54,920 bases of DNA from Thermodesulfobacteriota bacterium (GCA_034189385.1 JAXHVD010000028.1:1-54920), one strand, 5' to 3'; counted from the stretch's first letter, positions 15,499-24,957 are shown. Translations and numbers: made by a program. The notes: a model not told the origin generated them from the letters alone.

Positions 15499-17816
15499 CC
15501 GCTTGTCTGCCTCCGTCCAACGATCCCATCTAGAAGCCCCTCGGTTTCCTTTCCCAGCGCCAAGATGTCTGCCCGGATCTCTTCCAGGCCGCGCATCGGC
15601 TGTGGTTTGTAGAAATAGCGCGTGAATGAAATCTCGTAGCCAATCTTCGTCTTACTGTCATCAATCCAGGCGTCGAAAACATAGGGCAGCACTTCGCAGC
15701 GAAAAAAAGATTCAATTCCACCATCTTGGAGCAGCGGCACTTGTTCGGTGTCGCGCAGTTGTGTGTCAGGCTCGTATGTAACGATCGAAGTCTTGCCGTG
15801 TATATCAACTTCGTAGCGGCCGAGGAGCGCATCGGCCTCCGCTGTCCCTGGTTTATACACCTTCTTGACAACTGGAGGTGCCTCAGCCTCCGTCCAGCTC
15901 ACCGCGCGCTGAATGATTTTCTTTTCTGCAGCTGTCAGCTTCAGTCCGATGTTCTTGAGTTCAGCATCGAAGCGGCTGCGAAATTCGTTGTGATCCGGGA
16001 AGTATTCGTCTCCTAACACCGTGTGTAGCTCTCGAGCCGCTTCTAGCAGTTTGACATCTCGTGCCCATGTTTGAGGCTTCAGCAACTTTTCTTTCTTCTT
16101 GTCTGTCAGGTTATGCTTACTTGACTTCTGATCCTCCTCGTCGGCGTCTCCCTTCAGGAATTCCAGTACTTGCTGGCGAATGCCCGGGAGGTCGCGGTAT
16201 ATCTCCTGGCCGAATTCCATGAAAATGTCCCTGCGGACCCCATCGTCACCGGAAGCATAGCGCAACCCCTCGACCGCTTTCTTTGTGAACTGGCTTCGAA
16301 GCCGAAGTGGGCGCTCCACTGTGATCTTCCAGTAGCCAAAGGCGGCGTTGTCAAAAATCTTTGACTGCTCAGTCTCCTTGAATGCGAGAGACGTCTCGCA
16401 GATGCGCTGGATGTCCTCTTCCGACATCTCGCAGTTCTTCTTGCCAAGGTTCTTCCGCCGCGGCCTAAACCACTGTGTAGCGTCTATCAGCTGCACCTTG
16501 CCCTTACGATGTCCGGGCTTTCTGTTGGTCAATACCCAAATGTAGGTAGCAATGCCGGTGTTGTAGAACATGTTCAGCGGCAGCGCGACGATGGCCTCCA
16601 GCCAGTCGTTCTCGATGATCCAGCGACGGATATTGCTCTCGCCTTGGCCGGCGTCGCCGGTAAACAGGGAACTGCCGTTGTGCACCTCGGCTATGCGACT
16701 GCCCAGCTTGGTGCTCTGCTTCATCTTACTGAGCTTGTTCACTAGGAACATAAGCTGACCATCATTGGAACGGGTGACAAGACTGAATTCGGGATCTCCA
16801 GTGTGCTCTATGACAAACCGAGGATCTGACAGGTCCCTTTTTCCGCCCATGCGCTCAAGATCGGTCTTCCAGCTTTTACCATAAGGCGGATTGGAGAGCA
16901 TAAAGTCGAATTCCCGAGCAGGAAAGCCGTCGGTGGACAGTGTCGAGCCGTACACCAGGTTGTCGGCTTCAGTACCTTCACCCTTTAGGAGCAGATCGGC
17001 CTTGCTGATAGCGAAAGTTTCCGGGTTGATCTCCTGGCCGTAGAGATGGATCGACACATCCTTGCCGTGTGCCACTGCCAGTTCTGAGAGCCGTTGCTCA
17101 GCCACTGTCAGCATACCGCCAGTACCACAGGCCCCGTCATAAACAAGATAGGTCCCTGATTCCACCTGGTTGGCAATAGGTAGGAAGACCAGCTCGGCCA
17201 TAAGCCTGACCACATCTCGGGGTGTAAAGTGCTCTCCTGCCTCCTCGTTGTTCTCCTCGTTGAACCGGCGGATCAACTCCTCGAAGATCGTGCCCATGGC
17301 GTGGTTGTCCAGGGCAGGCAGCTTTTCGTTCCCGTCGGAGTCGTAGACCGGTTTCGGGCTCAGATTAATGGACGGGTTGACGAACTTCTCGATCAGATGA
17401 CCTAGGATGTCTGCTTCCACCAGCGTGGGTATTTGATTGCGGAACTTGAATTTGTCGAGAATCTCCTGGACGTTTGGGGAAAATCCATCAAGATAGGCCT
17501 CAAAGTCGGCTTTGAGCTGCTGCTGTTTGGCACGGGCCTTCAGATCTCGCAGGGTGAACGGCGAGGTGTTGTAGAATGATTGCCCCGAGGCCTGGCAAAG
17601 CGCTGCGTCTTGGTTGCTAATGCTTGCCCTGTCGAGCTGTTCCTTCATCTTGAGGACAGCGTCCTTGGTCTCTTCGAGGACCCCATCCACCCGACGAATC
17701 ACTGTCATCGGCAAAATGACGTCCCGATACTTGCCCCTCACATACACGTCCCTGAGAACGTCGTCAGCAATGCCCCAAATGAAGTTTACGATACCGTTGT
17801 GCAGAGCATAATCCAT
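15495..17816 (-). CDS. hsdM: Type I restriction-modification methyltransferase
   Basis: AGEHFTPRDVV, YDGACGTGGML, NPPY (N6-adenine MTase), GYEISFTRYFY. Confidence 0.95.
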   Translation of the reverse strand: MDYALHNGIVNFIWGIADDVLRDVYVRGKYRDVILPMTVIRRVDGVLEETKDAVLKMKEQLDRASISNQDAALCQASGQSFYNTSPFTLRDLKARAKQQQLKADFEAYLDGFSPNVQEILDKFKFRNQIPTLVEADILGHLIEKFVNPSINLSPKPVYDSDGNEKLPALDNHAMGTIFEELIRRFNEENNEEAGEHFTPRDVVRLMAELVFLPIANQVESGTYLVYDGACGTGGMLTVAEQRLSELAVAHGKDVSIHLYGQEINPETFAISKADLLLKGEGTEADNLVYGSTLSTDGFPAREFDFMLSNPPYGKSWKTDLERMGGKRDLSDPRFVIEHTGDPEFSLVTRSNDGQLMFLVNKLSKMKQSTKLGSRIAEVHNGSSLFTGDAGQGESNIRRWIIENDWLEAIVALPLNMFYNTGIATYIWVLTNRKPGHRKGKVQLIDATQWFRPRRKNLGKKNCEMSEEDIQRICETSLAFKETEQSKIFDNAAFGYWKITVERPLRLRSQFTKKAVEGLRYASGDDGVRRDIFMEFGQEIYRDLPGIRQQVLEFLKGDADEEDQKSSKHNLTDKKKEKLLKPQTWARDVKLLEAARELHTVLGDEYFPDHNEFRSRFDAELKNIGLKLTAAEKKIIQRAVSWTEAEAPPVVKKVYKPGTAEADALLGRYEVDIHGKTSIVTYEPDTQLRDTEQVPLLQDGGIESFFRCEVLPYVFDAWIDDSKTKIGYEISFTRYFYKPQPMRGLEEIRADILALGKETEGLLDGIVGRRQTSG

Positions 17817-17909
17817 GCCTTAAAGATCCTATTCTCGTTGAGCCTCAAAGTTCTCGCTCCGGGTTGTGACTACCATGTGCACGTCTGTTCGAGGCCAGTC
17901 TAGAGTACA

Positions 17910-18983
17910 TCATTTTGGTTTTGGTTCCAGGCCGGTGATTTTCTTGAACTTTGAAGGCCTAGTGAATTCTCGGGCTAACTTCTCAATCCAGGCCTGGGTG
18001 TACAGATAGTCTCCATGGGGTTCGTCGTAGATACAGAACTCGGAACGGGTACGTTTCGGATTGGCGTCCCCCGCTTCTGGACGAACCTGGTAATACTTCC
18101 ATGCCGCTGTGTGTGTAGACATAGATATGCGATAGGGAAGCCGTTTTTTCAGCTCTTCGACGACCTTCCCAGGTCGGTAGTGGTCAAGGTTGACTATGGG
18201 AATGTGTTTTTCCCGAATGAGAACGTTGAGTTTTTCGAGCCGAGACAGTTCTTCATTACTCGCCTCGTCAGCGTGAACAAACGTAATCGCCGCCTCTGCC
18301 GCGCTTTGCCGGTTAGCCACTTTGGGTACAAGAAAGACATTGAAAGAATACTTCATGCTGTTCAAGACGGTTGACGGCAGACTGCCACGAAATCTTTCAA
18401 CATATTCCTTAACGGTCTTTGCTGTCGCAGATGCTAATATCCTGGCGGCTTTCCTCTTTTCAGCTGGAATTGTCCTCGAAAACTGAAGCGAAACGGCAAG
18501 CTGCTCAGCAAGAACATACTTTTGACCAAATTCCCTGACAATTAGTTCCTCAAAATTGAGTAGTGCAGCTTGACATTCCCCGTACAAGGAGGCGTCCAGC
18601 TCTGGCAAATGCCTGTGCTCTATCTTGTTTCTGAGTCCAAGGAGGAACTCTAGATTTCTTCGCTCCGGGGGATTCCTTTCTTGGTAGTGTTTCTTGAGAC
18701 AACTCGCCAGGTCCCAATGCTTTGGCTCGCCATCGACCTTACGGTACCTCACACCCGTCCCTTTTCCTGACGTTTTCTTTCGGTACCAAGGACGGCGCCC
18801 CCGCCGATAGAAGATTGCATGAAACAGTGCGGTCCAGGCAATCACAATCATCACCAGGTATTGCGCCGTGCGAAAGCGCGGACCAGGACGGTTGTAAGCC
18901 TCTACCGCAGCAACTGCTGCCCACCGGGCCTTTTCCAGATTGTCTTTGACGACGAGTGGTAAACCCTTCGGCAAGGAGATCAC
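17910..18983 (-). CDS. DUF3644-like protein with a HEPN-type R-x4-H motif
   Basis: AAVEAYNRP...IAWTALFHA N-terminus and LRNKIEH; C-terminal YCIYD-like (FCIYDEPHGDYLY) region. Confidence 0.7.
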   Translation of the reverse strand: MISLPKGLPLVVKDNLEKARWAAVAAVEAYNRPGPRFRTAQYLVMIVIAWTALFHAIFYRRGRRPWYRKKTSGKGTGVRYRKVDGEPKHWDLASCLKKHYQERNPPERRNLEFLLGLRNKIEHRHLPELDASLYGECQAALLNFEELIVREFGQKYVLAEQLAVSLQFSRTIPAEKRKAARILASATAKTVKEYVERFRGSLPSTVLNSMKYSFNVFLVPKVANRQSAAEAAITFVHADEASNEELSRLEKLNVLIREKHIPIVNLDHYRPGKVVEELKKRLPYRISMSTHTAAWKYYQVRPEAGDANPKRTRSEFCIYDEPHGDYLYTQAWIEKLAREFTRPSKFKKITGLEPKPK

Positions 18984-19105
18984 CCCCCAATAGTGGCATC
19001 CGGTCTATTTCGTCTTACAGAAGGCAAGCTGTTGATTCTTCAAATCAGAGTCGCCCATTTTAAACGGTTCCAAGACCTGCCACCGATTCTTTGAGAAAGG
19101 CCCCT

Positions 19106-19148
19106 AAAAGACAAAAACCCCGCTCTCTTTGCGAGAAACGGGGTTTTT
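19106..19148 (-). terminator. Intrinsic terminator-like hairpin upstream of the DUF3644-hsd operon (possibly bidirectional)
   Basis: Minus strand AAAAACCCCGTTTCTC-GCAA-AGAGAGCGGGGTTTTTGTCTTTT. Confidence 0.65.
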
Positions 19149-19209
19149 CTATCGTAGTGCATGGCACTCTCTTTGTTGGAGTTGTGGGATTGTTGGAACA
19201 AACGGACTT

Positions 19210-19249
19210 TGGCTATCACCCTGAGGGGCCTTTGTCAAGGATTTGTCAA
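19210..19249 (-). promoter_or_regulatory. Candidate sigma70 promoter with a duplicated TTGACA
   Basis: Tandem 11-mer TTTGTCAAGGA (19231-19252) gives two TTGACA on the minus strand; one is 17 bp from a weak -10, TAGCCA. Confidence 0.35.
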
Positions 19250-19608
19250 GGATTCTCATGGGTAACCAATCATAGAAATACGCCCTTGGATGCAAAAACT
19301 ACGTAGTTTTGGATGGCAGAAATGTGTAGGTATGATCGTAGGTAGAACTACGACATTTGTATGGAAAAGCGACGATAATCCGCGCGTAGAACGACCATGT
19401 TTCCATGCAAACATTGCAGGGACCTATCTCTCGCCCGCTCCCCCTTCGACTGCGCTCAGGGTCGCTCGAGTCCGCAGAGACGCTGAGTTCTTGATCTGAA
19501 TCGCTGAGGGGGCGATTCACATCAACCGGCCTTTCCGCTGAAGCGGAAAATCTATGAAACGCCGGCCAGATCAGGGGGCGGAAAACTGGCGAGCCGGAGA
19601 ACCGGAGA

Positions 19609-19725
19609 CTACTTGATGAGCCATTTGTCCGATTTCCTAATCATGTTCACCATAATCTTCATAGCAGCGTCCAGGGCATTTTGAAAAACCCGAAGCTCCT
19701 TATAGCTGTCTATTCGTTCTCCCAT
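19609..19725 (-). pseudogene. Internally deleted four-helix-bundle (IVS-type) protein gene
   Basis: MGERIDSYKELRVFQNALDAAMKI is joined directly to MVNMIRKSDKWLIK*, i.e. the family's N- and C-termini with no core. Flanked by short CGGTGA / TCTCCGG-type repeats. Confidence 0.6.
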
Positions 19726-19829
19726 TCACCGTCACTCCGCTTCACCGAGTTCCAGGCTGTCGCCACGACCCCGGTCGCGCCCTTCGGGCAGGTTTGGAAA
19801 GACTGGACCGTTCCTACTTGGTCTTCTGA

Positions 19830-20120
19830 TTACTTCCTATGGAGCCAGTAGTCTGGACGACGTCGTAGATCGGCAACTGCGATGATGCGCACAGAGTCCG
19901 ACTTGACTTGATAAATGACGCCAAAAGGGAAGCGGTTCACAAGGCAGCGGCGGGTATTCTTGGATATTGGCGACCATGCCTCAGGGTATTGGATAATGCG
20001 GTGAATTGTCGCGTAGACTTCTTGGGCAAACTCTATACCCAGGCCATGCCGGCAGTCTTCGTAGTACTCGACAGCTCTGTCAAGCTCCGATGCGGCATGT
20101 TCATGGAAATAGTACCTCAT
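19830..20120 (-). CDS. Type II TA toxin, RelE/ParE family
   Basis: FHEHAASELDRAVEYY...RRCLVNRFPFGVIY...IIAVADLRRRPDYW. Confidence 0.9.
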   Translation of the reverse strand: MRYYFHEHAASELDRAVEYYEDCRHGLGIEFAQEVYATIHRIIQYPEAWSPISKNTRRCLVNRFPFGVIYQVKSDSVRIIAVADLRRRPDYWLHRK

Positions 20121-20350
20121 TTCCCATGCTTTACTCGGATTCTGGTGAAGACTTCATCACCGGGGACCAGCTTGGTCTTGCCTTCCTCAATTTGCGACAC
20201 GCGACGTTCTGCTTCTTCTGCCCAAAGGCGATCGATTTCCTCATCGATTGGAAGGTTGAGGCTTGTCAAAAGCTTCTCAACCAAGTTTAGACGGACGTCT
20301 GCCGGAAGGGATAGGGCTTCTTCCATAACCCTGTCATTTGTTGTCGCCAT
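20117..20350 (-). CDS. Addiction-module antitoxin (TIGR02574-like)
   Basis: ALSLP..RLNLVEKLLTSL...WAEEAERR....EEGK..LVPGDEVF; ATGA overlap with the toxin. Start MATT at 20350 after GGAGG. Confidence 0.85.
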   Translation of the reverse strand: MATTNDRVMEEALSLPADVRLNLVEKLLTSLNLPIDEEIDRLWAEEAERRVSQIEEGKTKLVPGDEVFTRIRVKHGK

Positions 20351-20935
20351 AGCCTTCCTCCTCCCTGGACTATTCAAACACATATTCTAAAATTAGGCAA
20401 TAAAGGTTCATGAGCACAACATTCTATGGCTTCCGGACATCTCCCCTGGCCCGTCTCTAAATGTGTCATATACCTATATGTCTTTTATAAATAAATGAAA
20501 TGGTCTTCGACCTATTTGTAATGTATATGCTATTAAATTATGTTTAAATAGTAGTCACTTTTGACCCTTCTATCTGTGGCTTTTGTAACAACATCGAAGG
20601 GTTATATCCCAAATAGGGATTGAAAGGGCTTCGGCAAAGACTGGGGCGGGTGTTGGTGACACGCCGCAGGGTCTGATCCTTGAAGATAGGGCTGACAGAC
20701 AGCATTTGGAAACCAGTGAGGCTTCTGAAATCCTTGATAACAGGGGCCACTTACTTGACGCCTTAGTGCTTTCCTCCCCACTACGATGGGTCCCACCTAC
20801 GGGGCAGGCAGAGACAGGTCTCTCTCAGAACCTGCGGAGCCCCAGAGGCTCTTAGGTCCGCCGGAGGGGGACTGAGAGGGCGATAAGGGTTTGCCGCAGA
20901 ATTAGATTAGGAGGCGGACAGAAGAGCTCCCGCAA

Positions 20936-21167
20936 CTATTTGCATTCTCCCAGGAGCCTGAAATACGTTTGCCGAGACATCCCAGCGGTGCGCATATTGG
21001 ATCTAATTATCTCCGTGTCTATTTTTCTCTATAGCCATGACGACCGGTCTGCCGATTCCCTCTTTGACATAGCAGCGATGGGCTCCTGTTTGCCGATCAA
21101 AGACGAAACCGTCTTTTGTGAAGATACACTCAAGGGTCTTCCAATGGACTGGAGCTAAACGTGGCAT
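20936..21167 (-). pseudogene. hicA: HicA toxin, frameshifted
   Basis: MPRLAPVHWKTLECIFTKDGFVFDRQTGAHRCYVKEGIGRPVV, then a frameshift near GAGAAAAATA, then IDTEIIRSNMRTAGMSRQTYFRLLGECK*. The span of 232 bp is 3n+1. Confidence 0.8.
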
Positions 21168-21490
21168 GCACGCTGCGGGCTGCGACTCACGAGAAGTGGA
21201 ATAGGAACATCAATGAAGTCTTCCTGTGAAGCAGTGCCCTTTTTCCGAATGGGTTCTAATGAGCGGGCAACTGTCAAGCCACACTCCTTCAGGACATCAT
21301 CCAGGGTGTTTCTTTCAAGGCAAGAGAAGAAAAACAAAGAAAGGGCTTCTACCAAATTTCTTCTTGCCTGCTCTGCGCTCTCGCCCTGGGAATGGACGTC
21401 CACAATAGGGCAAGAAGCCAGGTACCACTTCTTTCTCTTGGTAATCTTTAATGGCAATTTGAAATTGACAGAAGCTCGCAACCGCGCCAT
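21155..21490 (-). CDS. hicB: HicB-family antitoxin
   Basis: WYLASCPIVDVHSQGESAEQARRNLVEAL. Start at 21490, because the ORF-track extension runs into the tRNA. Confidence 0.8.
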   Translation of the reverse strand: MARLRASVNFKLPLKITKRKKWYLASCPIVDVHSQGESAEQARRNLVEALSLFFFSCLERNTLDDVLKECGLTVARSLEPIRKKGTASQEDFIDVPIPLLVSRSPQRACHV

Positions 21491-21552
21491 GGGATAGAAT
21501 CCCTTCCTTCTGTTTTTTCTACCGTAACTAGCGTGGAAAAGAGCTTTTTGAA

Positions 21553-21639
21553 TGGTGCCGAAGGCGGGATTTGAACCCGCACGGGCGTAACCCACTGCCC
21601 CCTCAAGACAGCGTGTCTACCAGCTTCCACCACTTCGGC
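21553..21639 (-). tRNA. tRNA-Leu(GAG)
   Basis: GCCGAAG...CTTCGGCACCA acceptor stem with encoded CCA; anticodon arm CTGTC-TTGAGGG-GGCAG; long variable arm; GGTTCAAATCC T-loop; lies just after secG. Confidence 0.97.
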
Positions 21640-21648
21640 ACAAAAGGC

Positions 21649-22038
21649 TCATTTTGTTTCAGGCTCAGGCGCAGGCTGTTCGGCCTCCGGGCCAGGGATG
21701 GCAGCGGGCGCCTCGTGCCCAGATGGGACAGGACTCTCCGGTAGCGTGGGCACCTCCTGTGCCTCTTCCGCCACAGGAACGGCGTCGGACATGATGGAAC
21801 TGGTGGCCCCTCGGCCTGAAAGATAGGCCAGACCCAGGGACGTGAGCATAAACACGATGGCAGCAACCGTTGTCATCCTACTCAAGAACGTCGAAGCCCC
21901 CGTGCTCCCAAATAAGGTTTGACTAGATCCTCCCCCAAATGCAGCCCCCATGTCTGCCCCTTTTCCTGTTTGTAGAAGCACAATGAGGATGAGAGCCACA
22001 GAAACGATGACATGAATCAAAATAATAAAAGTTGACAT
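21649..22038 (-). CDS. secG: Preprotein translocase subunit SecG
   Basis: VLLQTGKGADMGAAFGGGSSQTLFGS; two TM helices. Confidence 0.97.
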   Translation of the reverse strand: MSTFIILIHVIVSVALILIVLLQTGKGADMGAAFGGGSSQTLFGSTGASTFLSRMTTVAAIVFMLTSLGLAYLSGRGATSSIMSDAVPVAEEAQEVPTLPESPVPSGHEAPAAIPGPEAEQPAPEPETK

Positions 22039-22057
22039 AACAACAGGGTACCCCTTC

Positions 22058-22840
22058 CTAAGCTTCCTGTTCGGTGGCGCCTAAAGACCCGCGAACGATC
22101 CCTGCAAAGGACTCGGCATCCAGGCTGGCGCCGCCCACCAATGCGCCGTCAATGTCCTCCATGGCCATAAGCCCTGCGATATTTCCGGGTTTTACGCTGC
22201 CACCATACAATATGCGAAGTGTCTTTGCAATCGAATTCCCGCTGACCTTTTCCGTCCAATCTCGTATGAACTGGTGGACCTCTTGGGCCTGCTCGGTCGT
22301 GGCTGTCTTTCCTGTGCCGATGGCCCACACCGGTTCATAGGCAATGATGAGCCTTGCCAAGCCGCCAGCGTCTACACCCTCAAGGCCCTTTTCCAACTGC
22401 TCTTTGACAACATAAAAGGTCTCTTGAGCCTCTCTTTCGGCTTCAGATTCGCCCACGCACAGGATCGGAACGAGCTCCCCTTGAAGGGCTGCCTTGATTT
22501 TTCCATTCACAGTCTCGTTGGTCTCACCAAAGTATTGGCGTCGCTCTGAATGGCCCACAATGACGTGGGTGCATCCTGCGGCCTTTAACATGGGTGCCGA
22601 TACTTGGCCCGTATAGGCCCCCTCCGTTTCCCAAAAGAGATCCTGCCCTGCCACGTCTATTGCCGATCCTTTTAAGGTGTCGGCCACCACGGAAATGGCC
22701 GTAAACGCAGGCGCCACCAGGACATCCACATCAGAAATATCGGACACCAGCACCTTCAACCGATCGGCAAGCGCTGCAGCCTCGGGTCCGGTCTTGAACA
22801 TCTTCCAGTTTCCAGCAATCAACGGTCTGCGCTTTGCCAT
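22058..22840 (-). CDS. tpiA: Triosephosphate isomerase
   Basis: IAGNWKM, GHSERR, AYEPVWAIGTG, YGGSVK, LVGGASL. Confidence 0.98.
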   Translation of the reverse strand: MAKRRPLIAGNWKMFKTGPEAAALADRLKVLVSDISDVDVLVAPAFTAISVVADTLKGSAIDVAGQDLFWETEGAYTGQVSAPMLKAAGCTHVIVGHSERRQYFGETNETVNGKIKAALQGELVPILCVGESEAEREAQETFYVVKEQLEKGLEGVDAGGLARLIIAYEPVWAIGTGKTATTEQAQEVHQFIRDWTEKVSGNSIAKTLRILYGGSVKPGNIAGLMAMEDIDGALVGGASLDAESFAGIVRGSLGATEQEA

Positions 22841-22893
22841 CGCCTATCCCTCCCTCACACACCAACACCATCATCGAGCAGCCCTCACATGGG

Positions 22894-23313
22894 TCAACTT
22901 CGGCTCCTCTTATTGCCCTTGAGCACTCCGCTGGCAAGCGAGATGCTCTTTTTTCCGTAAGTTTGTATGCTCTCGGCCAACTTACTCAGGCCACTGTCCT
23001 TGCGCATCTTTGCCGCCCGGATCAACACAGGCAAATTCACGCCGGTCAAGACGTCGATGCGTCCCTCCTCAAGGAACGAAAGGCTCAAATTCGAGGGGGT
23101 CCCACCAAACATGTCCGTCAGGATGAGGACGCCGTCACCCTCATCGACCCTCTTGATGCCAGCGCCGATCTTCTTTCTCAGTTTGTCTGCGCTCTCCTTC
23201 AGATCCACAGAAACAGCCGTGGTCGCCTCCAGAGGCTGTTCCAAGACGGACTCAGCCGTCTGAATAAGGGCTTCTCCCAAACCGCTATGGGTCACAATGA
23301 CAATGCCGATCAT
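22894..23313 (-). CDS. PTS EIIA component, mannose/fructose type
   Basis: IGIVIVTH, LTDMFGGTPSN, TGVNLPVL. Confidence 0.92.
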   Translation of the reverse strand: MIGIVIVTHSGLGEALIQTAESVLEQPLEATTAVSVDLKESADKLRKKIGAGIKRVDEGDGVLILTDMFGGTPSNLSLSFLEEGRIDVLTGVNLPVLIRAAKMRKDSGLSKLAESIQTYGKKSISLASGVLKGNKRSRS

Positions 23314-23367
23314 AAAACGAACCACCTCAAACCTGTCATGGTAGCAGGGGGGATGCAGCGCCCTCGG

Positions 23368-24240
23368 CTAACCTAACGCAATATCTCTGTGTGTCAAGTG
23401 TACGGAGCCAACCTTTTTTTCTAGATACTCGAAGATCTCTTGGGCCATCACAATGGAACGGTGCCTTCCGCCCGTACAACCCACGGCAATGGTCAAATAT
23501 GATTTTCCTTCCTTCTCGTAGAGCGGTATAAGAAAATCAAGCAAACCCAAATACTTGTTCAAAAAAACGCCGCTCATCTCCGACCCTTTTACAAAGGCCT
23601 TCACCTCTGGAGAGGTTCCGTCAAGGTCCATCAATTCAGACACAAAATAAGGATTTGGCAAAAACCGAACGTCTACGACCAGGTCTGCTTCGTAGGGAAT
23701 GCCGTATTTGAAGCCAAAGGACAGGACGTGTATTTCAACTTGCCCCCCATGCGCCGCCTTTGACGCATGTCTCAATATGACACCCTTGAGTTCATGGACA
23801 TTGTAATGGGACGTGTCAATCACCTTGTCAGCAATACCCCTAAGGCCCTTCAGCTGTTCCCTCTCTGCCCCTATCCTGTCAGCAAGACCCATTTGTCCAC
23901 CCAAGGGGTGAAGCCTTCTGGTCTCACTGAAGCGTCTCAAGAGGACTGCTTCTGATGCCTCCAGAAACAGAATCTCAAAACGATACCCCTTGGCCCTAAG
24001 GCTAGCAAACACATCTGCATAGCTGGCGAGAAAAGCCTTCTCCCTGATGTCCATCACCAGGGCCAGCCTTAAAATCTCCGAAGAATCCCCGATCCGCAGT
24101 TCCAAGAACCTCGCTAGAAGGACGACCGGCAGGTTATCGACACAGAAAAACCCAACGTCTTCTAATGCCTTGATGGCCGTACTTTTTCCGGAACCTGAAA
24201 GCCCGGTGATAATAATGATCTTCTGCCCTTCCAATTGCAT
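23368..24240 (-). CDS. rapZ: RNase adapter / P-loop protein RapZ
   Basis: GLSGSGKS, CVDNLP, SFGFKYG, DVRFLPNP, GCTGGRHRS; start taken at MQLEG. Confidence 0.95.
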   Translation of the reverse strand: MQLEGQKIIIITGLSGSGKSTAIKALEDVGFFCVDNLPVVLLARFLELRIGDSSEILRLALVMDIREKAFLASYADVFASLRAKGYRFEILFLEASEAVLLRRFSETRRLHPLGGQMGLADRIGAEREQLKGLRGIADKVIDTSHYNVHELKGVILRHASKAAHGGQVEIHVLSFGFKYGIPYEADLVVDVRFLPNPYFVSELMDLDGTSPEVKAFVKGSEMSGVFLNKYLGLLDFLIPLYEKEGKSYLTIAVGCTGGRHRSIVMAQEIFEYLEKKVGSVHLTHRDIALG

Positions 24241-24486
24241 CTCTACCGCCCGCACCCACTGGCTGGCCAGCCGCAGACAACCATGAGGGAAACCTGAGAC
24301 CACTTGAGTCAAACAAGAACGAACGCCCTGACAAAAAGGCTGTTGCCAGCAGTATTGAGTTTGCCGTGGCTGAGGGGAAAACCACTTAAAAATGCTCGAT
24401 ACTCAAAAAACGCCCGGCGAGAGGAAAGGTCTTGAGCGCACCTAACATGCCCGAAGAGAGACCCAAATGGGCTTCTTGCCAATCGA

Positions 24487-24954
24487 TCAGAACTCCTCGT
24501 CTTCCTCTCCGATGACGGCGTAAAGCTCCCGCCAGTCAGCAGCGTTCATAAGCCTTTCTTTAAATACACTGTTCTTGAGTAGCCCGGATATCCTGGCAAG
24601 CATTTTTAGATGAGCGCCTGTGGAGTCTTCGGAGGCCAACAATAGAAAAAATAGGTGGGCAGGTTTTCCATCCATGGCCTCAAAGTCGACTCCCTTGAGG
24701 CTCCGCCCGAACCCGACTAACAAAGACTTGAGGGACTTTGATTTTCCGTGAGGGATAGCAATGCCGCCGCCAATGCCGGTGCTACCGAGGCGTTCCCTCT
24801 CAAGGAGCACACGAACCATTTCCTCGTGGCTAACCCCCGAAGCCTCGGCAATGGGGGCTGTCAGTTCCTCCAACACCCCCTTCTTGTCGGTGGCATTCAG
24901 CTCCGCGATCACAGCCCCTTCTGTCAGGGAGTCCAAGATTCTCATGGCAGGCAC
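24487..24954 (-). CDS. ptsN: PTS EIIA-Ntr
   Basis: RERLGSTGIGGGIAIPH; position after hpf. Confidence 0.92.
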   Translation of the reverse strand: MPAMRILDSLTEGAVIAELNATDKKGVLEELTAPIAEASGVSHEEMVRVLLERERLGSTGIGGGIAIPHGKSKSLKSLLVGFGRSLKGVDFEAMDGKPAHLFFLLLASEDSTGAHLKMLARISGLLKNSVFKERLMNAADWRELYAVIGEEDEEF

Positions 24955-24957
24955 CTG

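Noticed and set aside
20391..20935. AT-rich intergenic stretch with small palindromes between the TA modules
   Set aside because: Probably TA promoter/operator and REP debris; no defined structure could be supported.
21491..21595. Longer HicB start
   Set aside because: It would overlap the tRNA-Leu gene.
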